NCBI GenBank assembly: GCA_051362555.1
Contig: CM120647.1
Location: forward strand, 10,354,001 to 10,418,000
Length of the DNA: 64,000 nucleotides
Source: Lingula anatina
Taxonomy: Eukaryota > Animalia > Brachiopoda
Reading direction: 5' to 3'
The notes below the pieces were generated by a model, which worked only from the letters and a program-made list of their open reading frames with translations, made no database searches and was not told the DNA's origin. This document shows, one piece after another, positions 41,298 through 54,698 of the stretch (the stretch's first letter is position 1; each line of letters begins with the position of its first letter). Both the position numbers and the translations under genes were made by a program.

Positions 41298-42630
41298 AGA
41301 CCATCAAATCTATCGTCAATTCCACATGCCATAGGCACAGCATGATTATCGCCACAGGAGTAATTTGATCATTCTTTGTTACCTTTCACAAAGAAAGTAT
41401 GTGGGAGTCTCTCGTGTGTCCGTAATGATATTCTAATTGATGTTCCACTTCATAATCAACATAATAAACACAAGGTGAACGACTTCATTTATCCACAAAA
41501 ATACTTCCGAACAGTACGCAAATACCGAGGAATGCCCACCGCCGTTGATGTTGTAGACATAATCATGGAATCGACCGTCACGATGTGAAAGACCTTAAAT
41601 GCCTTGGATACTTCGTCCAATACTTTCTTGTAGTAATCCCCTTTCTTCGAGTATTGGTATTTATTATAAAAATATTGTCATGTTACCCTTTCTTTTCTCC
41701 GATCAAATTAGGACCTAATACGGGGTGATTTGATCGCTGGCTACAAAGAGGCAGGGGGCATTTAGCGAGAACGCACAAAGGCGGAGTTACGTTTAATGAT
41801 GTTGTTTTTTCGCCGCGGAAATCGGGCAGGTGAAGCTCTTCCATCGATCTCTGAGAAGACAGGTGAAATGAACTCTCTTTGTCCCAAAGGAGTGAGCTTA
41901 TGGGGTTTTTCTGGTTTTATTTTGGTTTAATTTTGTCGTATCCTCTTATATATATATACATATATCCCTTGTCGCCGAAGTTGTCGGGATTACGCGTGTT
42001 GTTCTAAAAGGTAATCGTATTGGAGGTATTAATATTCAGAAGACGATGAGTTCAGGCAGGACGCGTCGATGTTTTCAGCTGCTCAGCTTTGTCAGATCGG
42101 TGAAATTTTTGGAGATAATTCAATATTGATTTCGTGGTTCATGTGGCTGACAAGGACATGCGTAATATGCGTTTTATATGTTGTAAAATGTTTATATATC
42201 CCAGGTGACTCTTTTGGAACACATTTTATTTGCATTCAGGTTTCTTTTGAATAAACTTATAAAGATAATTATGACAATGTCTGCTTCAGGACAACTTGAC
42301 CACTTTCTCTTTAGACTGCCGTCGACTTATTTTTACATTTTTCTGTAGTTTAAGAAGGAGAAAAAGAAGACAAAATAATTTTAATTAAAAGGCAAACGCT
42401 CTGGAATATTATGAGAATGGGCTGTTCATTAGACAAGTTCTTACTTAGTTACTTTTGTTTCAAAATGCTGCTGGCTTTCAGTTTTCAGTCCAGTTTCAAG
42501 CACTGACCAGGGAGAGTTGAACTTAGCGGTCTACTGGTCACACAATCTGGTCAACTGGTGCTTTTTCATCCCAAAACAACAGTTACTAAAACCGACGCAA
42601 TAGTTCGAGACTGTTACGACTGTTGAGACT

Positions 42631-42862
42631 GCATTCCCACAGACACTGTCGGTCTATGCAGATCGATCCAACTCTGCAGGGATTCTCACTGATTGCAATC
42701 AGCTTAACTCCTCTTGTTTCCAGCGTACTCGTACTATGTTTTCTGGATTCTCTTTAACGCCAGGAGGAGGCTTGTCATTTAGTTAATCTGATTGCAGTCA
42801 GCGAGAGTACCCGCCGAGTTGGATCGCTCCACGTAGACCGATGATGACTATGGGAACGGGCC
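42631..42862. mobile_element. Foldback MITE with about 80-bp imperfect arms
   Basis: TTCCCACAG...TCGGTCTA...CGATCCAACTC...CTGATTGCAATCAGCTTAACT pairs with AGTTAATCTGATTGCAGTCAG...GAGTTGGATCG...TAGACCGA...CTATGGGAA. Confidence 0.7.
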
Positions 42863-43500
42863 CTGTGACGGGTAGCCTTACGGGCCAACCCTGGTAAAGG
42901 TTGACCGCTTCTCTAAGGGGCACACGTGCGTTCCTCTGGAACTGTGAGAACTGCTGAATAAGAACCACTGGTCATTGTCCGCAATTTTACAAAGGTCATC
43001 CGGGTCAAGCTCCACACAGGTGTAACAATGTCCTTTTACCCGTGTCCAGTTATGTCATTAAAAACATTTGCGTCATAAATATTGAAATTAAACACAAATG
43101 TATTACAAATACAACCCGATTATTGTTCCGAAGAGAATCGTATCCGAATCTGGGATGGAAAGCCTGAGGTTAGGTTAAGTCTTTTGAGGGGAAATGTGAC
43201 GACCAACAGTTCATTCGGTCTAGACGCCAGCAAGTGCGTGTCCACGTTAAACAATCATTATGAAATTTGAACTGAAAAATTTAAGTTTACACTGATCTGT
43301 TACGAGTTGTTTGTTTATTTATTGCAGTTTATTTAGTGCATGTTTATTGAATGAGCGTCCTTTTGGTCTTTGGTTTTTGGGTTTGTTTTGTGAAAAAATT
43401 GTAATATGCTTGAACTTCGGAAACACAGAGGTGTGATTATTGCGTTCAACCGTGTATGCGTTGTCTGGGACTTTCTGACCCAATGGTACTATGACTGTAT

Positions 43501-43700
43501 TCCCAGAGCTTTTAGATCGATCTATCCCCGCGGGGAGTCTCACTAGATTACTGTCAGATAATCCGGTTTAAATGTCCGTCCTGCCTACTACAAGCTGTAA
43601 GGGGGTAATTAACTTTCGTGTCCGCTCAGCTGACAGCTATTTAGCGTGAACCCCCAGGGAGTTAGGTCGATCTAAAGTAGATCGATCTAATCTATGGAAA
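43501..43700. mobile_element. Degenerate foldback MITE
   Basis: TTTAGATCGATCTA...CTGTCAG mirrored by CTGACAG...TAGGTCGATCTAAAG(TAGATCGATCTAA)TCTATGGAA. Confidence 0.5.
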
Positions 43701-46229
43701 TGGGGTGTATGACTCGAACTGACTTCGGAAGACACGAACACAGTGCAGTATAGGTTGCTTATGGAGTAAAGAAATGCCGCCACTTGTTTTAAATTTAAAA
43801 TCATAAATTTCAAAGTTTTTCAACACAATTTTGATATTTGGTTTAGTATATTAAAAAAAACGTGTCACCACGATGACTTTATGTCTTAGAGGAAAGTTGT
43901 TAGGTTGCTATACACACTAAGAAAAAATATTTGTTGAATAACTTTAGCTATCTTGCAGTGTTCTTAACATACCTAATTCCTATAGGAATAAAATCAAATT
44001 GTCGATTCATGTAGTTTCGTCATTTCTGAATTTAAATATTCAAACATCGTAAATATTTGCTGTTTACATCAATTAATAACAGAAGTTAATACGACATATG
44101 AATGAGATAAATATTTGTAAGGAATGGCGCAGCTGATCAGTCTCCAGTAAAGGGAAAACGCATCGAGCGGGAAATACCAACAAATATTTGAAGTTACACA
44201 ACATTAACAATGTCACAACAGAGGTATTTTTAAAACAAACACACAAATACAAGAACACAAAATTTGAACGAGCAATGCTTGGGGCAAATTAAAGGAAAAA
44301 GAGGCAATTTTCCAAACGCATGGAGAATCTGAAATGTGGCGAATTGCTAAGTATTACATGGACCTGTTACTCGCACCCAAGTGCCACGCCCTCTGGATAG
44401 CAGCGTAATCACCAGCGGACTGATACGCTCCATAATTACGCCACATTGATACCATGTTAAACAAATTGGAACCCGGTGGTTGAATCGCGGTACGGTTATT
44501 TCTCAAACGAGGCGGCAAATGAGCGAAACATTGAACCTATTGGAGACTAATATCCAGAAACACGATTGCAGCATTCAAAACATTTATCTTATTTCGTAAC
44601 TGTAAAATGCAATTTTGTTATCGTTTTGTGAACACGATTCGAGAGGAGATTGACCCTTTTATTTTGATCTTGTTGTACGACTATTTCCCTTTCTATGACA
44701 CTACAGAGAGGCTTTTCAGTCGAAATGAAATATGCATTTACATGCGTTTTTTTTTCATAGAAAAGGTAGCAACTCTTTAACGTCACCCATCAGGTGTTCC
44801 TCCACACCCTTTTTAGTTTTTAAATGCAAACTGAATATAACAACATTCAGGTTTGCGTCTGTGTCAATTGGAGAAGAAATCTCAACACGTGTGACTTCCT
44901 GGCTTAAGCGTAAAATCATTCCAAACTTGTTTGATTTTCACACCTGGGGAAGATGGGTAATATAATACCTGCGGCTCGGCTGCAGCAGGACTCTTTTCAC
45001 TTTTTGTCAAGGTTGGACTTGTTTGTAAATACGCTCTGAAAGACATTAATACCGGCGTCTCAAATGACAGCAGCGACGCGATTGAACCCTTCAAAAGGCG
45101 TAAGGCGGTTTGAACATTACGAAGTCAATCGAAAACGTAAGAAAAAAAGTGGAATAAAAAAGGACGGTTAATTGGCTTTTGGGGATTTAATATTGTTACA
45201 CGCTTTACTACTAAGAGAAGAAAACTTCTGTTAGAAATATGTGGATATAGATCGCAGGGAGGCGTGAATGGGCGGTGGGTAAGGTCGCCGGGGTCGGCCT
45301 GTAAGGAGGCTAGGAAAACACACGTCCCTTATTCATGCACCCCTCACACACAAAGGGGCACGTCAGCGTCTCTTTAGTTAACTTAACAGCGGCACCCTCT
45401 TTACTATCAGCGCAATTCTTCTATTTGGTTACAGTAAACGACTTTTGAGTTGTTTTCTATTCATATGAAAAATTTCGGCGCTATTTTATCTTTAACCTGC
45501 GTCGTTACGTTATAAAAATCCCCCTAGCGTGAAATAAACTGAGGTGAAGTGACGTATCAGTGACAGAAATGCAGTCTTTTTTCTTCTTTGTAAACTCAGG
45601 AGCATTTTTAATTCACAGCATATTGAAGTGTTATAACACTTAAATCGCGAGGAACGTGGAGACTTGCAAAGGGTCGTTTTGCTGGTAATAGTGCACTTAT
45701 TTCATTTTTCAAATTGCGACGAAAAAGATTGCAAGGATTTTATATTGGTGCACTGCCCCCTTAAGATTAAAATTCTGGACAACATTTTGCAAACTATATC
45801 TATTTCGTGATAATAGAAAAATTGCAAGGTTATTTGGATCACTGAGACAGCCGAACAACAGCAACTTTTCCTTAATTTCCAAAAAACCGTCACACACGGA
45901 ATTCATTAGTTGCATTGTCTATTATACATTTCTTGTAATATTTGCAGTAATTCACATAAAATTACATTGACAGCTGTCAATATGGAATGAATGAATAAAG
46001 AAACTTAAAATTCGAAAGGAAAAAAACGAACAAACCTTCCCGATGACAGACGGAGAAAATCACCATATTGAGGACCAACTATTAAAAGATTGCATTTCAT
46101 TGGTTATAAAATGAAATTGTGTTAGGTGAGAAAGAACGAGCGCAATCGCGCCGAGTACAAAATAAGTTTTCATTAACTATTCTATCTCCATTGAATGTCT
46201 GATCCAAACAGCTTACATTTCTCCATTAA

Positions 46230-46291
46230 AAACAAAACAGAAAATTAAAAGCACAACAACTGAAACAATCACCTTTAACTTTATATTTATT
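46230..46291 (-). terminator. Candidate TM9SF1 polyadenylation signal
   Basis: AATAAA on the minus strand (46291-46286) followed by a GT/T-rich downstream element (TGATTGTTTCAGTTGTTGTGCTTTT...TTTTGTTTTT). Coincides with the edge of the CpG-depleted domain and implies a 3' UTR of about 2.45 kb. Confidence 0.5.
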
Positions 46292-48736
46292 CTTCTCTCC
46301 TCAGTTCCACAAATTCAGTTGAATCCCTCCTTTACAAGTCAGACATAAAATAATAAAACAAAAAGACATTTTAATTGGTGCTCAGTTCTACAGTGGCAGT
46401 TTTCCACAGTGAAGTTACACTTTAGCATTAAAGATACATTTAGGGAGCCCCAGGGTCCAATTCAGGATTTGATGGAGGTGGGTGGAGAGTCTAATCCTCC
46501 CCCCACCTCTCACACACACAAAGTCCAATCTTTAAATGTACTCCTCACCCAAAATATCTCACTCAGTTTTTTAAGTGACATCTATATTCGAGATCTCACT
46601 TGACCTCTGCCATAAATCCACATAGAAATGTCCCCCAAATCCTTTAACTTTTTTTTTTAATTTGAACTGTTGCATTTAAAATTTACATCAAAACTATGGA
46701 GAAAAATACCCAGTTTACTTCCAGTGTCACAATTTACTGCAAACCAGACTTGTTCAAAATGTAGTTGTACTGTTTTCCAAACCTTCTCTGCTTTCTGGAC
46801 CATTGGTGAATAAACAATAAATAAAAACAAATATCTAATCTACAGTTTGGAAACTTATCCAATATCTCTATCATTTCTATAAGATCTATCAGAGTTTTTC
46901 GCTAAGTTAAACATAAATTTGTCATTTGGTTACAATTTCTTGAAAAGCTTGGGACCAATGTCCAATTTCATAACTGATAACATTAAGAAAGGTCACATCC
47001 TTATTAGATATGGTTATCAAACATATACAGAAACAACCTTAAATGACATCACAATACAATGAATACTGAAGTTATAGGGCAGGAACAAAGTAATGAGAAA
47101 TACTTTACAAGCAGTAGATGATTAAAAAAAAAAGACTTTACCTTACTACTGCTACTACAACTACCAGAGAATAAATAATGCTGCTAGAAAAAAACTAGTA
47201 ATATAACAAAGTAGTTTGCCAACAGGACTAATAAACAAAACTCAGAACTTAATTGCAATAATATCTGGGTCAGTTTTCACAAAAGAACTTTGGGCAAAAA
47301 CTTTGACTTATTTCAGTTCAGAAGAAAGCTGCAAGTGTCCACTAAAGTAGACTAACTATTGGTCTAAAATGATAGCCATTTTATTTCTTGTCAATCAGTA
47401 GGCAAAATATTGTACTAAAAAGGAGTACCACTGATTGTGGGTCATATTGGACTAAAATTATTGGCTAAAAGATTAGACCAATATTCAGTTTAAAGTTCTT
47501 TGCTTAAAAAAAAAATCTGGCTACCATTAGTCAAAATGTGTCTTTATGCAGAGTTATTGTTCTCGGTAACAATATCTTACAATTAAACACTACATCAAGA
47601 GAAGGTAAAGCTTTCTGAAAATGCCCCCAGTCAAATATCAACATGATTTATCTGTAACACTAATCACAAAACAATATTTTCACTACACCACCAAACTATT
47701 TTTGAAATCAAATAATAAGTTACATTTAAAGCTAAATTTAAAATCCTCTCTCAGTGACAATAAAGTATCTTGTGTTATTTGTATTAAACATTTAAATTCT
47801 TTCAGGAAAGACAGAATTTCCTGTCTGAAGTACTGAAAATGTGGAACAGTCAAGAGCAGACAACTCATAGTGCAACCCAAGCTCTGGATACCACAGGTGC
47901 ATACTGCTACCTATCTTTCCGTTTATAAAGTTTATCATATACAATTATCCATTTACATAAAAATACATCTTTCCATTCAAAGATTAGTGAATTACATAGA
48001 TATACACAGATTTCCATAGCATTTGGACCAGTTGCGTTATATGGTAGTACCCATACTATAAAATCCCTTTAACAAATTTGATTGTGTTTAACCCCTGTTC
48101 ACCCCAACAGGTGACCTTTTAGAGGGCATTTATTATCCACATAAGTCATAAATCATCCACCAGGGAATGGGAAATAGAGGGCATAAACTTTCCTCATAGG
48201 GCATAAACTTTCTTCGTAGGGCAGTAACTGTCCTCACTGGGCATAAACTGGTAACAAATGGATCAAATAAGATGAAGGGCATAATTTTAGGAAAAAAGGC
48301 CTGGAATATGAGGCTGGAGAGGGGAAATGTTACAAAGGAGGTTGTAGGTATGCCCTACTAAGATTTCAAGTACCATGGCCCCTGTAATTCCCCACTGGTT
48401 ACAAGTATCATGAACAATAGCATATTTACTATTTACACCTCTGCTATAATACAAAACCCGCAACTAAAAGCAGATATTTTTTGTACAATAACTGCTGTCC
48501 TTATTCAAGAAAATAACTTCACAGAAATGCTTGACGACGAACATTATGAAGCATTTCAACTAAATCTAAGTCTCTCACATTCAAGTTGTATGTTAGATTG
48601 TAAAAGCAGTCTGTTCACAAAGATATGTCTACAGTTCCTGGTCCAAAATGATGCTTTAAAACGTATATCCCCACAGCTCCCACCTCAAAGCGGGCTGTAC
48701 ATAAAAAAAAGTTTACCACCAATCCCCACAAATCCC

Positions 48737-48938
48737 TCAATCCATTTTGATGTTGACGTAGATATACCGGACAAATTTTAATGCTGCGAAGAAGGAGACG
48801 GTCCCCAACATCAGGAAAAACACGTAGCAGACCAGAATGGTGTAACCAAAGAACTGTACCGTCTGCAACAGTCCTGACATGTTGGAGCGCTTGAAGTAGT
48901 AGAACAGCGAGTACATGAACACGAACATCCCCGTAGAC
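48737..48938 (-). CDS. TM9SF1: TM9SF1 terminal coding exon
   Basis: TTCCAG acceptor; [32 protein letters not shown]...[13 protein letters not shown]. Ends in the TM9 family KxD motif; phase matches the upstream exon. Confidence 0.97.
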
Positions 48939-49216
48939 CTGGAAAAAAAAATAAAGAGAAGCATAAATATGGGTCACTGGTCAGTCAAGTTCTGCAGTAT
49001 AACCTGAAATATTTTGACAGGCAGTGGTTTCCCCAGGATTTGGGGTACAGGGAGTCCAATATCTGAATCTGTAATTTTGTCACCAATTTACAGGGAGTCC
49101 CACCCAAGCAAATCAAGTACCCAACCTGCCATTTCCAAAAATATTCCTAAGCAGTTCATCCATCTTTGAAAAAATAAGCTGTTATTTGAGAACAGAGGCC
49201 ATCCAAATGACAGCTG

Positions 49217-49342
49217 GGCCCCGTATCTCGAAAGCATCGCAAATTGCGACCGTGTGCAAGCGTCTCGATTCCATCATTTGCCCATACTCGCCCCATATAA
49301 TATCGCTATTCGCAATACGCGATGCTTTCGAGATACGAAGGC
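49217..49342. mobile_element. Harbinger-like hairpin MITE, copy A
   Basis: CTG|GGCCCCGTATCTCGAAAGCATCGC ... GCGATGCTTTCGAGATACG. Right end degenerate; about 20-bp internal deletion relative to copy B. Confidence 0.8.
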
Positions 49343-49581
49343 AAACACAAGACGTAAAATTGACATGTTCATTTCATAAAATTGCTATGCCTTCATATAT
49401 GAGACCAAAACAGTTTACTTTCCCATGAAAACTTTCACATAAGATAAGTGTCCAGCTTTGTTTGCATTTTATTTTCACCAATGCCTCTTTTTGTCAGTCT
49501 TTCTGTTTGTCACCAGCCTCACTCAAATAGTTATGGCTGGATTTTTATAAAATTTTCTGGATAGGTCAGAAACATGATCAG

Positions 49582-49728
49582 GGCCCCGTATCTCGAAAGC
49601 ATCGCATATTGCGAATAGCGATATCACGTAGAGGCTACAATGTATTATATGGGGCAAGTATGTGCGAGTTATGGAATTGAGACGCTTGCGCACGGTCGCA
49701 ATGCACGATGCTTTTGAGATACTGGGCC
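49582..49728. mobile_element. Harbinger-like hairpin MITE, copy B (opposite orientation)
   Basis: TIR GGCCCCGTATCTCGAAAGCATCG / CGATGCTTTTGAGATACTGGGCC, with 3-bp TSD CAG on both sides. Confidence 0.85.
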
Positions 49729-50435
49729 CAGATTCCGGTGGTGATCCAGAAGTCAATGGTTACTTGTTAGTAAACAATTTGTCAGTCTGTCGGTTAGCAC
49801 CATTATGCAAAGAGTCATAGTAGGATTTTAGCACATTTTTGATAGATCAGGAATTTGGAAAGTTTTAGTGATGATTAATTAATCAATTAGTTTGTTTATT
49901 AATCAGCTGTTTTGAAGGAAGTTTAAGCTCTCTGAATCCTTTTCTAGCTTAATTTTTTTTTAAACAAAAAATCCTTTTCAGGCTCAAATGTCTCAGTTAA
50001 AGTATTCGGCTAATTTGTTTTTCATTTTTCTGGATCATTCTAGTCAAATCCAAAAAAAGGTACACTTTTATCCACCAAACATTTTCCTGTTTGACGCAGT
50101 TTCACCTGCGCATCCTACAGACAAAAGCAATAAACAAAAAGCTGCAGTTTATCACATATCACCTTGACTGTCCCGGAGATGAAAGGACACAAAGAGAGTT
50201 CAGTAGCTCCTGTTCAACATAAATACCACACACAGCGGGGTTGCTGTGTTAACAACTTCTCTTTACATCGTGAACACAAGTTTACCACCTGCAATACACA
50301 GCGGTTATAACTGAAGTCCTGTTTACACTGGACCGAGCCAGACCTACTTGTGATACAGAGTAGTTATTACAAGAGGCGTGTTTACACTCCACTAAGTCAG
50401 ACTGGTCATCTGTGAAATAAGGCAGTTTACTTTAA

Positions 50436-51426
50436 AGGACAACTCAGTGGGTTAGATTAATGTATAGAAGCAGGTTCTATGTAAAACTTTGATCAGATTT
50501 GTGTTTTGGGAGATTGTTTATTATTATATGAATAAGTCTGGGTCACAAAAGTCCTGTTAAGACAACAAGAATAAAGAATTAGAAAGCGAAAACTATTTAT
50601 CATGATTTCGGAGCACAGCCAGAAGTACTTCCGGCTCAAGGTCACGACCTCGATTTTCCCACGCTTACAACCAATCACAGCAGGCTTCAGTCAGAATGAG
50701 ATAGACGTCACGACTACACAGCGTAACTTGTCAGACATGTAAGTGCCGCCTGTCCATCTTTTCGGTACATGTACCGATCAAAAACAGAAAACGTAAAGCC
50801 CAAAACGCTCTTACACACGTAACCAACTTTGTATGAGCACAAATATTGTCATTTATTGTGAACAGGATAATATGATAATCAGACACACTTGAGACCTGTG
50901 AAGCGCATACTCACGTGTCGAGGAGTACTTTCGCCATTGCCTCGTATGTGAGTCCTAACTCAGCTTTAAGTGTCCTCCACCGCCCCACCTCCCTCCCAAC
51001 ATACACAGTCTGAGTGCTTCTTCGTCTGTCTCTAATTTTCTTTCGTATCTTTCGAACTGGAGTGGCTATTTTCTTTCGCCCCCTTTTGTCGCTCTCCTGT
51101 TCAGACTTGACGCGCGTCTGAGCCATGTTTGCTGTTTTGGCGCCAAATAGTAACATCCGGGTCTCAGCCATAGTACTTCATTCATAGTAAACCGCGAGAC
51201 TTAGCGAGAAATTGCGCGTTCTGAAGCCGTACTGTGAGGTGGTAGCTGAGTATTTAAGACGAGTCGTCTTTTATTATTTAATGGAACTTAAAAACGGTAT
51301 TAGGTAGCTTCATTTTCTGGACGGTTTTGGATAGGATATACCTTGGTCATTATGGGGAAATTGGTGAGTTTTCCAGGAAAATTAATTTTCGTGCTATTTT
51401 AAGGGTTTAACGCGCTGAGACTGTCT
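50436..51426 (-). mobile_element. Kolobok-like non-autonomous DNA transposon (991 bp)
   Basis: TTAA TSD on both sides, imperfect TIR AGGACAACTCAGTG / AGACAGTCTCAGCG, CpG-rich island inside a CpG-poor intron, internal exon-like ORF. Confidence 0.7.
50915..51171 (-). pseudogene. Orphan first exon of a transposon-encoded protein
   Basis: MAETR.../MAQTR...KKIRDRRRSTQTVYVGREVGRWRTLKAELGLTYEAMAKVLLD ending at an AC|GTGAGT donor. Resembles (from memory) the 'RVxIGxxxxRWRxLK...AxFLLD' N-terminal motif of Kolobok-associated proteins; no downstream exons seen. Confidence 0.55.
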
Positions 51427-53757
51427 TTAAATGTCCAGTACATAATGAACCCTAATCAAATTAGACCAAATTATACTTCAACTGGTTGTTTTTGCTATCA
51501 ACCTCCTTCCTCACTGTGTAAATGTGAAATATTTTTGCTTTATCTTTTCATTTTCATTTCTTTCCTCTATTGAGTTTTTCTTGACACTGATTGGACCTCA
51601 CATTAGGTAGACACATGTCAATTAAAACTGACAAGATGATTAACATACATACATCTTAAGTTTGCCCAAGTTTAAAAATTTAGACCAGCAGAAGTGACTT
51701 TGAGCAGAGTAAATCTTTACTAGTACATCAAACAGGTATCTCACCTCAGACTTCAATAATCACTCATGTAGAGAAAGATAACAGACAGAATTGCTACCAG
51801 CAGCAAAAATAACACAAAGACAAGCTTTTTCTTCTTCAGGTGCTAACAAAGGATTCCCTTTTATTTTCCCCGATGTTTATAGTGCAAATTGCTTCATTAT
51901 ACAATGAACAAAATACCATTCTATGCCAAACTTTGTAATTTTGACATGTACTATTCATCATATTAGGTCTGAAGTGTAAGGAATCAAACATATTTGAATC
52001 ATAAAATTGTTTCACCTTAACCTACATTCTGCGTTTTTCTTCCTTTGAAATGATAAATGATCCTTTATTAGAAGCTAAAAATCCAGCATAAATCATAAAT
52101 AAACTGCAGATTTTGTTCTTTTGTTTTTTTTCTCCTTTGTTCATTTGAAATGATTAATGCTTTAATGTATTTCACATAGTAATATTTTATCTCTGAAAGA
52201 AAATAAGATCTTGGTTGTTTGACGTCAAAAAACATTTTTCTTCCTGTCAAAATGTACCCTTTTTTACTCACAATTCAGTCGGAAAAAAAAAAGATACAAA
52301 AAAATATCAGATTCTCCACGTTCCCCACAGGTGCATATAAAAGTCATCTCCCCCATCCCTCATTCTGGCATACTTTATGTTACAACAGGTTGAGCACTCC
52401 CACCTGTCTCTCGAGCCACATCTTCACGTAACCATCACCTCATCCTCCCCCATTAAAACACTGCCATAATTAACCTGCTGCTCCCTTGGCAACATGGCAG
52501 GTACAAAATACGGTACTTGCTCACAATTTCTGAACACTTCTCTTTTTTGTCCCAATCGTTTAAAAATTCACATAATTTTCCTAGCTGTGGTTTCACAAAA
52601 AAAACCTAAGTCAGGTTCCCTGGCTAAGAACTTAATTACCAAGGTTACATGGTCATATCTTACCCTATCTGCAGCAGTGTAAAAGCAGTCTCATGGAAAT
52701 CCTAGTCACTTAAGCCAAGGAAGTTGACAGGTTCTGGGATACTCATAAACGCCTAACTTTGTGTCTTAAGCCAAATTCATTTTCAGACATGGACTGTGAT
52801 ATATCAAGTATTTCAAAATAACCCCACTTAACAAAATAAACTTATTTCATTTTGTTCAAATTTAATGAATGTGTACCATAAAAAAGCTCCACTTGATCTG
52901 TTTTATGTAAGACAGTGTCAGTTTAAGAGGCTTTGGTGATTTATGATGCACACTCAGCAACTTGGGCAGGAAATAGAGAAAAGAGTTTTACAAGTGCAAA
53001 AGTACTGAAAAAAAATGTAGAAAAAATATGGTTTCACTTGATGAAATAATAAAAAAGTTTTATCAAATTTGGATCAAAATAAAATGAATCTGATTTGTGA
53101 AATGCTGAGTTGCACATTTAGTGAGAAATTATTGCAATGATTAGTAATTCAAAAGTTAATATATATTTTTCAAAACATTTAATATAATTTTCTCTGTCTC
53201 TCTCTCATTGTCTATAATTGAATCATATGGGTCAGCTTGTAAACTGCATCAAGTAGTACCTTAGGTCTTCAACCTCCAGCAATAATTTTGATCCTCATAC
53301 AAACCCCTCAGCAGCTGCACTCTCTGCCTCCCCAGCTGTCAACACACGCTGTATGAGTTTTCAAACTGAAACATGATTCCTGACCAAATTGGGTCATTTG
53401 AAAATTTCCCTCTCCTAAAAAAACAACATGCCTTTCACATAGGCCTCTGAACCAATTAAGAAGTACAATGTCCTCATTAGGCTGGTTTTGCCTATTCCAT
53501 CTCCCCCCCCCCCCCCCCCAATTTTTGGAGCGACCTTTTTTGTTTTATGAAACATACCAGTAGAAAAATGCAACAATAAAAATACCAACAGATCACAGAA
53601 ATCAAGTTCCCAGTGTGTCACAGATAGATTTTTTTATTTCTCAATTACTCTGTGGTTTGATATGATAACTGATAAACACTGGGTACACCGCAGTGTAGCA
53701 CCTCTACTTGCCAGGCACTGTTTCTGATTTTCTATTGGAGTCAATGACTTCTACCAA

Positions 53758-53912
53758 CAGAATTCCATGTTCTTTATTTTCAATTCTGGTTTTCGTATAC
53801 TAAGTTTTTGAAAAGAACAAATAAAAGGAAGTCACCTTCTCAGAATTTCATGTTCTTTATTTTCTTTTCTTGTTTCCTTTGACTCAAATTTTGAAAAGAA
53901 CAAATAAGGGAG
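53758..53912. repeat. Tandem duplication, period about 83 bp
   Basis: CAGAATTyCATGTTCTTTATTTT...TTTTGAAAAGAACAAATAA occurs twice. Confidence 0.8.
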
Positions 53913-54434
53913 GCGGTGCAAGACTTAGAATCATAATAAAAAACATCTTCTGAAACCTCATTGCAACAAAATGAATTTAATAAGCTCCATCTGGCAAGTT
54001 ATCAATAATAAACAGCTTTCTCTCTCTCTCTCTCTTACACACACAGACAAGGAACATACACAGTAATTTATTCATTCATCTGAACTAAGACCCTCAACTC
54101 TGTCACTCTGGATGCCCTCCAAAGCCATCATCATGATGATCATCATCTAGAAGAGCTACAAACACCACAAAGAAAAATCCCCAACAAATCTCTTTGCCAC
54201 ATGTTCTCTATAGACCCTGCCCCTCTCCCCCATCACTCACAATGACTGATGGCTGCAACTAGAACACTGAAACAGCCTCACAGAGATCATCTGGCAGGGG
54301 ATTCCCCTCCTCAGCTGCCAATCAAACTGACTGACAGACAGCTACTGAATGAAGGCAGCTTCCTTATAAGGAGTGTCAGCATCATCCCCGTGAGATTGAG
54401 TTTCACAACTGAGAGCCCATGCTGAATGGTAGCA

Positions 54435-54698
54435 CATGTGGAGGGTACTGGTAATACTATAGGCCTGTCTCTGCTGGCTTCTTTGTTTCTAGGCAGTTGT
54501 GGCATGGGTTTTGCTCTGGTGGTAGCTTTGGATTGTGGAAAACCAATATATTGGGGGTTGGGGGGAGTAGGGTTTCTTGCTAGTTCATGTGGAAGGTACT
54601 GATAATACTGTAGGCCCATCTCTACTAGCTTCTTTGTTTCTAGGCAGTTGTAGCATGGGGTTTGCTCTCGCAGTAGCTTTGAATTATGAGAAAGCAAT
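54435..54698. repeat. Tandem duplication, period about 151 bp
   Basis: CATGTGGArGGTACTGrTAATACTrTAGGCC...CTTCTTTGTTTCTAGGCAGTTGTrGCATGGG...GTAGCTTTG occurs twice. Confidence 0.85.

Noticed and set aside
47265-47522. Possible old Harbinger-type MITE in the TM9SF1 3' UTR (AAAGAACTTT / AAAGTTCTTT)
   Set aside because: Termini too degraded and no TSD; cannot be supported.
48160-48398. 20-bp GGGCATAAACT repeats in a possible old hAT MITE in the 3' UTR
   Set aside because: The short repeats are real, but the TIR is weak and no TSD is seen.
48410-48977. 123-aa and 120-aa ORFs overlapping the TM9SF1 terminal exon
   Set aside because: Antisense or alternative-frame shadows of the real exon.
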